From NCBI RefSeq assembly GCF_001194135.2, contig NC_068984.1:102102146-102166145 (forward strand): DNA of 64,000 bases, written 5' to 3'. This document shows, one piece after another, positions 27,890 to 39,037 of the stretch. Below the pieces are notes generated by a model that saw nothing but the letters and a program-made list of their open reading frames with translations, made no database searches and was not told the origin of the DNA. This DNA is from Octopus bimaculoides. Lineage: Eukaryota. Both the position numbers and the translations under genes were made by a program. Position 1 is the first letter of the stretch, and every line of letters starts with the position of its first letter.

Positions 27890-30800
27890 CATATAAGAAT
27901 AGTGTCAGGTTCACTCCAGCTGTATGTTGCCTTAAGGCAAATGTCTTTGGTTGGCCTTAGGCCAACCAAAATCTTGTGAGTGGATTTGGTAGACAGAAAC
28001 TGAAAGAAGCCTGTCATATGTACGTATATTTGAGCATGTGTATGTGCGTGCGTGTGTGTGTGTGTGTGTGTGTGTTTGCATTGTCCTTGTCTGTCTTCAC
28101 ATCACATTCTTGTTGTAAATGAGTATCATTAATTTCAAATATTCTGCAAATGGGCAAATATTACCTTGTTTGGAAACAGGTAACAGTTGGTGACAGGAAG
28201 GCCATTTGACCATAGGAAATCTGTCTTAATAAACTCTATCATGCGTTGAGCCTCATGGAGGCATCTGGCACCCATACTAGCAGCACATAAAAAGTACCTA
28301 TTGAGTGTTGAGCCTCACAGAGGCAATGTCTGATGCCAGTGTCGCGTAACTTGCACCTGTTCCAGTGGTATGTAAAAAGCACCTTTTGAACGTTGGGCCT
28401 CATGGAGGCAATGACATATGACTGAGACCTTTCGCAATATGCTATGTTTGAGAAGAAGATCCATCAAGCCAAGCGAAATTGCAATCATGGCGGATACTGT
28501 TGTCACGCAAATGGTACCTGTGCCGGTGACACGTAAAAGCACCCATTACACTCTTGGAGCGGTTGGCATTAAGAAGAGCATCCGGCTGTAGAAACCATGC
28601 CAAATCAGACTGGAGGTGCAGCCCCTCCGCTTGCCAGCCCTGGTCAAACCATCCAACCCATGCCAGTATGGACAATAGACACTAAATTATGATGATGATG
28701 GTGGTGGTGGTGGTAGTGTGGGGTGTTTGTGTGTGCGTGTGTTTAAAATGTGTCTATTTAATGTTTTTATATATATATATAAACTGGCTGAAACTTCAAA
28801 GTCACAGTCAACAATATTCATGTGTAAGAGTAATAAATTATTGGAGATGTACTTGCATAGCAAGTGACCTGATCTGAGATCGTGTGCTGGAATGAAAACA
28901 ATTGCAGCGTGGAAGGTGTTTATAAGCCATTTAAAATAACACACAAAAGCCATCAGATTCACTTCAACATTTAAATTTAATTTGTCAAAATACTTTCGTC
29001 GCTTTGAGACCGCGACCTGTTCACTGACAAAATGTGATGCAGCACAATTTTATCAGTGAACAGGTCGTGGTCTCAAAGCGACGAAAATATTTTGACAAAT
29101 TAAATTTAAATGTTGAAGTGAATCTGACGGCTTTTGTGTGTTATTTTAAATGGCTTATAAACACCTTCCACGCTGCAGTAATAAATTAATACTCTACAAA
29201 AGTATAGAGTAACCCATCACATTAATGTAAAATTGTTGTTTTTATTATAACTGAATATCAAAACAAACACACACACACACACATATTTATGATGTGCCTA
29301 TTAAAGTGCTGATGTTGGTATTGGCATATTTATTTTATTTAAGCATATTATTTTATTTAATGTGAATAAAAACATTTGGTCTGTTTCTCAACTACTGCTG
29401 TTGTATAAATCAAATTCATTAACATTAAATCTTTCAATTGTTGATAGGTACCAGTAACACTAGAATGCAGGAGTACTATCAACTTTACCCACAAGTGTTC
29501 TGGTTCAATCACAACATCTGTAAGAGTAAGTATTTAGATATAATTCATTGTTGCATTGTGCGTTTTGTGTGCATGTTACTCTGCAGCACTTTCTCTTATG
29601 GTTGACATATTGTTTTTATCCTCTCATATTTTGTTCAACTTCTTTCTCTCACTATTCAACATGATTTTCATTTTTTCTCTCTCTTTACAGATTCACCGAC
29701 CTAGATTATTGAGCCTCGTACTGACTGTAATAATAATAATAATAATAGTAGTAATAGTAGTAGTTGTAGTAGTAGTTAAATAGTGTTCCTTCAAATTGCA
29801 TGAATCCTCTGCATAGGAGTATAATTAGTTGAAGAAAGCACAATGTATGAATTTCAGAGGCAGAAGGCTACAATTTTTGAGGGATTAAACAATTGATTAT
29901 ACTTGATTGATACTTTATTTTTAACCCCTGGAATATTGAAAGACAAAGTTTAGGAGCTTAGGCAGGGTTTGAACTCAGATTGTAAAGGGTGGCAACTAAA
30001 TGCTGCAAAGTGTTTTATCTGATGCTCTTTTAGTAGAAAGTGGGTTATACATCTTTAGATTGTATACCTGACTTTCTACTATAAACTTAAAGAAATTGAC
30101 GGAACGCTGAACTCCAGACTAAACAACTCAAACAACATTTATTTACTTGGTAAACATACATATCTTTTAGTTATACATCTTTAGAGGTGAGAATAACGAG
30201 CTGTCGAGTATAAGACCGAAAGATGTAGAGACAGCTTTAAACACACGTCCTTGCTCAATCGCTGGCCAGCGTGAAAGAGAATGAATTGAGCGGGAAACGC
30301 TTGCTTGTTTAATTTTACGCATGCGTAAGACTACGCATGCGCAGGCGTTACTACACTCTATTAATTCTGATAGTCATTTATCTTGTTAGGAGGAGGATCT
30401 GTGATGATAGGGGTGGGGTGTCTTGGAAAACCGCTGGCCCAGTGGTTTCCCTTCATGGCAGAATTAATAGTCAAGACTATTTAAGCATTCTATCTGATAA
30501 AATTCATCCTATGGTTGCGGAACTGTTTTGGAGGGAAAAGCAATCTTTCAGGATGATATTGCACCAATTCACACAGCTAAAGTTACTGAATGGCACGAGG
30601 GACATTCTAGTGAAGTTGTACATCTTATCTGGCCAACACAGTCCCCAGATCTCAATATTATTGAACATTTATGCTGCATTTTAGATAAGCAAGTAAGGAA
30701 TTGATATCCTCCACCATCATCACTACAAGAACTGGAGACTGCTTTAGCTGAAGAATGAACAAAAATTTCTTTGGAAATAATTCAAACTTTGTATGAATCC

Positions 30801-33800
30801 AGACCTTGTAGAATTCAAGCTATAATTACTGCCAAGGCAGTCCTACCCCATATTAAAATAAATTTCTTTGAGATTTTAAGGCATTTCCATTATTTTGTCC
30901 ATATATACTGTAAGTCCTCGAGAATAGTCCACCCTTGAGTATAATACGCAGGAGATTTTTAGGGGGCTGTACCTCTGAAAAACCTAAACCTTGTGTAAAA
31001 TACGCACCCCTTCTCAAACTTGAGTCAAGGAGGTCTATATAACGTCCTTGGTTTGTAAACGTATATACGGTAACGTCCTTTATTATTATTATTGTATATA
31101 TAACATAATGCAAACGTGTTGCTTTTTTGTGCCAGCTCACCGCCTTTCTTTATATATTTTTATATATTTCTTTTCTTTTAATTAAAACTGCAACTTCTTT
31201 ATATGATAGACGTTAAAAATGTGATTGTTATTTATCATCTTTCTTCATTCTGCACATTTTACAGGTATGTGAAAAAACTCTAAATGCTGATATACAACAG
31301 AAACTTAATGATATAGAAGGCCAACAACAAGTTTTAGTACAAGAAGGTTTACTTCCTCCTCCTCAAAAAGTTTGTGTTGCTGCAGTTCATGTGGAAAACA
31401 TTATCACGTAAGTTGATGACTTATGCAAAGAATGATATTTGAACCATAAACAAAATGAAGATATAAACACAATTTTGAAGTCTTAATGTTTTGGAGAGCA
31501 TTTATAAATTAAAAGTGAAACATTTGAAAGGAAAACTTTTTCTGATAAATTATAAACTTCATTAATAGTGATAAGTGCAGTAGGGTGTATCAACCTGGTT
31601 TATTACCTTGAGTGGTATTGGTGTTGAGTGTACTAATATCTTGGTTTCAATTCAGAATAATTTTTCCTTCTTTTATATCTGTCACAGACTTGAAATGAGT
31701 TCACATTATAATTATCATCAAGATTGCAGGACATTTATTTAGTCTGCTAGAAATAGAAACCAAGTCTTCCTCAAATCACATCTTACTGTTTAAAAGGGAA
31801 GGATGCATTGGATAATGTGATTTAAAACAAAGCTGATGAAAATTAAGACATAATGTTAAGCTATATGGTGTATTATAGGTACAAGCCACAAAAATAAAAG
31901 GGTGTCATCATGATGATAGTACTTAGAGGTTACTTGTTTTTGTAATGTCCCCTTTTCTATACTTACCTGAGTCAGATAAGTGTGTTGAAATAAAGCCATG
32001 GTTCAATAAAGAAATTTCTGGTAGTGGTGGGAGTAGTAGGTGGGCTGTCAGTATATAAAATGAATAGTAGAGATAAGAGATCAGAACACTGTTAACCCTT
32101 TAGCAGTCAAGTTACTATGTCAGATGTAATGTTTCACATTGTTTTGAATTAAGCATGCATTATCTCAAGATTTCAATGATATGATAATATATTTTTTCAA
32201 TGATATTGTAGGAAAGATGTGAGAGGTCAGATCTGGCCACTTTGGACATAAAACAGGCAGAATATTTGGGTCAGATATAGCTGGTTTAAATGTTAAAGGG
32301 TTAAAATTTTTTCAAACACTTAACTAAAGCCACTTGCTCTACTAGTTAGGGGTTGCACTCATGATTGTTAGATCATGGGTTCAATTTGCAGGCAGGGCGG
32401 TGTGTTGTGTTCTTGAGCAAAACATCTCATTTCGCATTGCTTTTCAAGTAGGAGAGTGGCAGAATCCTTGGCACGTTGGCAGAAATGCTTTATGGTTCAT
32501 TTTCTGGTTCTCTACATTCTGAGTTCAATCCCACCCGCTTGGAGAAGCTAATAGGAAACCACTCCAGTGTTCATTCCAAATCCAGTTAGGGTAACCAAAG
32601 TCCCAGTAATCTACTTAATGGTGGCAGGGGAGCATACAGGCCCTCCCTGGTCATATAGAGAGTGCTGGAGATGATTTACATGCACAGGACTTGTCCAAAG
32701 GCTGACCACCACTAGACTAGACTTAATTAATTGTTTCCACATTATGACTTAGAAGTTGTACCTGCTATTTGCTATAATATTATACTGCTATATTTAGATT
32801 GCTATAGTGTTATAAATATATTGCTATTTTGTTATACTGCAGCAAATATATTGTAGTGTTATACTGCTGTAAATATATTACTATATGATGTTATACATAC
32901 TTCTGTATATTTATATTGTTATATATACTTCTGTATATTTATATTGTTATAGTGTTATGCCAGTATATTCATATTGCTACAGTGTTGCTCAACATTATAT
33001 TTTTTCTATTTTCAGTACACTGATTAAGTTGACCCGAGCACGGACAGAAGTAGACAAGATTGAGCATCTACAAAGTATTGGTTGCGCCATCTTTTATTAC
33101 CTTGCTAATATGGTTACTAATGAAACCAATTTTTACCCACCAACCCGACAGTTTTTTGCTTCTTGTCTTGATATTCTTGGGCAGGTAAGTCAGAATGAAA
33201 TGGAATAATTGAGAGAAACTTTTCTTTTATTCTTTTACAAGTTTGCTGGTGCCATGTAAAATGCACCCATTATTATTTTAGTTTCTTTGTCAAAGTTCTT
33301 TCATCACACATCCTATGACCTCTTCAGCATTTCTCTATCCCACATGTCTCCTCTTGTTCTGCTTATTCCATTTTGTCTATTTTACTGTCTCAGTATTATT
33401 TTACATTGATTTAATACAGAATTATTTTCTATATTCCAATGTCTTGTTCCTTTGCAGGAATTTGTTCAGAAAATGCCTGACCAAAGCCCTGTTCTGTTGA
33501 ATTTTGTGCTTGACCATCCTGACCTTGCAGGTTTAATGTCTCCTCACTTCTTACCCAATCTGAATCCAGGCTGCTTTTTGGCTATGTATGAAAAACTGAT
33601 TGTCCTTCGTTCATGTCAAATAGATATGGCTTTCATGCTGCTATCAAAGGTAAGTCTTTAGAAATACACTTTAAAATGTTTGAGCTTTTATAGACTTCTT
33701 TGTGAGTAAACATTCAAGTTTTACCCTTAGACCAGTGGTTCTCAACCAGGGTCCATATGGCCCTTGGGATCCATATAGACCCCTTGGGAGTCCATATGGC

Positions 33801-34355
33801 CCTTCGGGGTCTATATAAGATTTTATTTTTAAAACTTATGTGCAATAAATTGAATACACTTCTATGATACACAAAATATTTTAATTTTTTTTATACAATT
33901 TCTAATTTTATTTAATTATTAAAATACAGTAGGACTTTTTTTTATATACATCAAATGGCTATGGGGATCCAGTAGAGTAAAATAGGAATCAAAGGGGTCC
34001 ACAGGCAAAAACTGGTTGAGAACCAATACCTTTGACAATCATTCAGAGGCAGAATGGTTTCAACTAAAATTAATTAATTGATTTTTTAAATTCATTATGC
34101 TACAAATATATTATTGTTAACTATTTAATCTACTATTCTTTTACTAATTACTGCTTTATCTAAACTTACCAGAGATATCTAACCATAGGCGTAGGAGTGG
34201 CTGTGTGGTAAGTAGCTTGCTTACCAGCCACATGGTTCCGGGTTCAGTCCCATAGTGTGGTATCTTGGGCAAGTGTCTTCTACTATAGCCTCGGGCCGAC
34301 CAAAGCCTTGTGAGTGGATTTGGTAGATGGAAACTGAAAGAAGCCCGCTGTATAT

Positions 34356-34421
<66 letters not shown>

Positions 34422-37400
34422 TTGTGTGTCTGTGTTTGTCCCCCCAACATCGCTTTACAACCGATGCTGGTGTGTTTACGTCCCCGTAACTTACCGGTTC
34501 GGCAAAAGAGACCGATAGAATAAGTACTAGGCTTCCAAAGAATAAGTCCGAGGATCGATTTGCTCGACTAAAGGCGGTGCTCCAGCATGGCCACAGTCAA
34601 AAGACTGAAACAAGTAAAAGAGTAAAAAAAGAGTAAGAGTAACCAACTTAAAAATTGTAAACCAGTAAGTTAGTTTGTACATGGTTGGTCAGCCTACTGA
34701 AAATAGCAACCAAATCTCCTTCAAGTCACACCTTGCCGATTTAATAAAAGGAAAGATAGGCTGAATAATGTTATTCTAGATAAAAATTGTCTCAAAAACA
34801 AAACCGAAACATATTTCATACTGAATTCACTTCCTTGACAACGAAAGATTGCCAGCATATTTTTTTTAGTTCTTAAGCTCCTTCTTATGAACTAAATGCT
34901 TTTCTTCTAGATGGCATCTTATCTAATCATTTAAAATTTTTCTAAGGTGGTGACCATGTTGGGAAAAAATGCTTTGCAGCATTTCTTCCAGCTCTTTACC
35001 TCCCAAGTTCAAATTTCACCAAGGTCGACTCTGCCTTTCATCCTTTCAGGGTCGATAAAATAAACACCAGTTGAGCACTAGGGTTGATTACATCAACCGC
35101 TCCCCCAAAATTTCAGGCCTTGTGCCTATAGTAGAAAGGATTATTTTAATTTGCCTACTTGGTGAATAATTTTCTCTCAAATATCAATATAATCCCTCAG
35201 TTTAGGTTTAGGTAATTATTGCTTAGATCATGGTTTATTGAAGAGGTTTAATATGACTAAAACATCAGTAGTCATCATATTTACTAAATAATAAATTCCT
35301 TCTCCCCACTGCATACCTTCATTCAATCTTTAATTTGGACATTAGAGTTGTTTCCCTTGCGATAGTATTCCTTATAGCTTTTTTTTTTTTTTTCCTCTTC
35401 ACAATATTCTTAACCTCTTTACATTATATTAGTCCCTTCCCTCACTTAACTATATGCTGTCCATTTGTTCATGCAGAAAGCATCTTAAGGAAATCCTCCT
35501 AAGCCCAGTCATTAATATATTGCAGTTTTATATTAATTTTCCCTACATTGAAATGAAGTAATATTTTTTATTAATTAACAAATCCTACATTAGTTATTAG
35601 GAAGGAGAAGATTTTCATTCTCATTACTAACCATGAAGTAGGAATAAAGCTTGAGTTTTTCAATTAGCCATTGTGTCCCTTGCTTAGAGTCAAGAACATT
35701 ATAACAAATAAGAGATCTGAATTTATTCCCTTGTATGTTGTAGAGGAATATTGGGGATAAAATTGCAATTGATTATAAGACTGGGAATGATTAAGTGAAC
35801 CTCAGTTTGAGAAATATACAAGGGAGTGCTGAAAGCTTCTGACTTTAAGGGTATCGCAAAAGGTCTCGTTGGAGGCCCAACCTTCCGAGATCTTTTACAG
35901 GGCTTAGAAAAACTGAAGGACTGCTGCAATAAGTGTGTGAATCAGCGAGGGGAATATGTTGACTAAAACCATAATTAACTGATCCTCCTGTATTTCCTTT
36001 TACCCAAAGCCAGTTTCTTTTCAGCACCGCCTCGTATTGATGTCCCATATGTTAAGGTATAAATATTATGTAGAACTTTGCCCTAATTTCAGTTGCTGAC
36101 GCCATGCTCATTCATACATTTTAGCGTTTAGCTCAGAAATTTCTTCATTGTGAGACAAAATATATTTACTATTAATTCATATGTAATTCTTTTTATATTT
36201 TCCATCAGTCCTTTTAGATTATATTTTCTATGACTTGTGTCTGTTGTTTCTTTCTTAGTTCGATGTGTGTATTTGGTTAGAGAAACTCAACCTCCCACAT
36301 CCTGAAGTTGTAAAACTTATCGACGTATTATCAACAGCTTTTATCAGCTGTGGAGCAGAACCAATGTCAAGGGAACTGATCCTTTTTGAGGTGAGTGTTA
36401 CAAAACTAACGTTATTTTCATTCCTTTCATTGTTATTGCATTCCTCTCATTGTTGAAACTAAACTCTGTAACTAAGTACTTTCATTGAGAATACTTCAGT
36501 ATTTCAACAGGGATGTTGTGAGCTTTTGAAAAAACAAGAGGCAGTATCTATGGCTTGCTAAGGCTGATACCGAGATTCAATTCTCAGTTTGTAATGATGT
36601 CATTTCACTTCACTTATGGAACTTATGTTCAGATATGAACATCACAACATCCTAGATCTACACATTTAAATTTATAGAGCTCATTTTCTTCATTAAAAGT
36701 AGCTATTATTTAAACAATGTAGGTAGAGTTAGCTAGCCACCTACACTTTTCTCTGCAAAATAGGGGTAGTTTATCCTGTTCAGGCTATATTATTAGCATT
36801 ATTCTGCGATTAAGAATTTAAAATCACTTCCTTAACTTACATTTTTTGAATTTATTTTTCTTGTCTTAAATCATATCTGACTTACTAATTTGATAATGCA
36901 TGTTTATCTCTTATTATTAATAATTTGATTAGAGCAGCAAATTAGTAGAATCATTAGTGCATTGGATAAAATTGCAATTTGTCTCTAATAATTGATCTAA
37001 TAATGCATATTAATCTCTAATTATTCATGATTTAATTGTGAAGGGCATCATGAGAGTGTTAAATAGAATACCTTGTGATATCTATTCTGACTCTCAGTGT
37101 TTTGTGTTGAAATCTTGCTAAGGTCAACTTTGCCTGTCATAAGTAAAGGGTAGAATTGTTAGAGCATTGAACAAAGTACCATGTGGTATCTGTTTGAGGT
37201 ACCTTTAATTATTAGAGATACCTTGTAATTATAAGAGTATCAGATGAGGTATCTTGTGGTACCTGTTAGTTCTACCTTGTAAACATGGTTTCTTGCTTGT
37301 GCCTGTTCATTAACTTGCTTTATATGTTTATTGATGGCTGTTACTTTTCTTTCTTGTCTCTGGTTAGTCTCTGTGATAGAGTTATGATTTCCGCTCCAAT

Positions 37401-39000
37401 CACTGGAATGACACTGGACTGCTGCTGCTTGTATGATTGTTGAATCTGACTTGTCAATGTGTCATTGTGACAATCATGAACAGAACAGCCATCTGTGAAC
37501 TCAAATCATGTGGAGATTGCATTCTTCCGTGCATCAATTGTTGCAATCACCAGTAGAACTCTTTTCAATAGAACCAGAATGGTTGTTTGATTTCTTGTGG
37601 AATTTGGTCTTCTTGAGAGAAGACCATGTCCACAGTTAAGACAGTGTCAATTCAATTGCCTGTATAGTTGGTACAAACATTTCCTAGTGAACAGTGGAAT
37701 GTTAAAGTTAGTCACAGTGCAAAGGAAGGAGTATTTTCCCTAAAATGTAACCCATTGTTTCCCTGGCAACTTTTTTTAAGGAATATGCCATTGTTCTCTG
37801 TTACCAAGCAATCTAGAATAGTGCAAAAGTGGTAGTATTGCATTATTAGGCAGAGAAGTACAAATGCATTGCCAAGTGCCTTTCATTCTAGTGTAACATT
37901 AAGGAGCTTAGAAAAGGATAAAATATAAACTTATAGAGACATCATACAGTGTTATATTTGAGAAAATAGCTATCCACACTCTGAAAATTTGATGAAACAA
38001 AAGTTGATATAATTCTGTTTGTGTTAGTTTTTCTGATCTTCAGCAGGTTCTAATACCAAGGACCTGATAAAAGATGTCCCACTGTTTATTAAGGAAATCT
38101 TCTGGCCAATTTTGTAGGAAGTATATAATCATTTGAACTAACTTTAATGCATAAGTCAAAGTCTTAGTTTTCTATTATAATTCCATTAATGCGTTGGATA
38201 TATTATAGAAATCAACTCCAGTAACTGACTGATACTTTATTAACTGAAGAAGAATGAAACCGGTTCAGTGGGATTTGAAAGGCTATAACTAAGTACTTCA
38301 GGACATTTTGTCCAATGCCCTAACGATTCTGCCAATCAAACAGAAGGACAGTTGAGCATGGAATTACATTTTGTAAAAGCAAGCAACTTTTAATAAGCTG
38401 AGAAAAAGACATCCTGCTTAATTTTCAGTCCATTTTCTCAATTTAAATCAGTGCTAATATTGTGTTAAAATACAATTGTTAAAAAAGAAATTATATTTGA
38501 GGGACATGTCTACTTTTCACTCACTTCTTATCATTGAATATATTATATTTCTCTGTTTGCAGCTGTTCTGTACACACTTACACAAAGTACTCAATTCTTG
38601 TTTCCACTACTACCTTTCTCAAATACTCTCCATGCTTCTGAAAGGTCAGTCTTTGCTGTTTTCACCCTTTTCCACTAATCTGTTATTACTAATATCTTTT
38701 ACTGTTTCTGTTTACCTTTCTAAAAACTGAGTGCACAAGAGATTCTTAGGGTCAACGCTTGACTTTAATTTCTATAAACTTTAAGCCAATGAAAGGTGAA
38801 TCTTCTCAAGGTAGTCTATCACAAACTTATTTCTTTGGATGTTCCATACAGTTTAAGTAACCTTAGATAAATATTGTGAAGTGCCTTATCAGGGAATACA
38901 GTGATAATATACACAGACTTGTATAATATGGGGTGATAGTTTAATGTATCATCAACTTGGCTTATTTATGTGTTCAATGTACAATATTCAGCAATATATA

Positions 39001-39037
<37 letters not shown>

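Larger units (their letters stand above)
28781..29177. mobile_element. Probable Penelope-like retroelement terminal (pseudo-LTR) fragment with an inverted partial duplication
   Basis: Abuts a (TA)n tract at 28768-28781; 28903-29177 is a palindrome carrying minimal hammerhead motifs. Family assignment is inferred from ribozyme architecture only. Confidence 0.6.
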
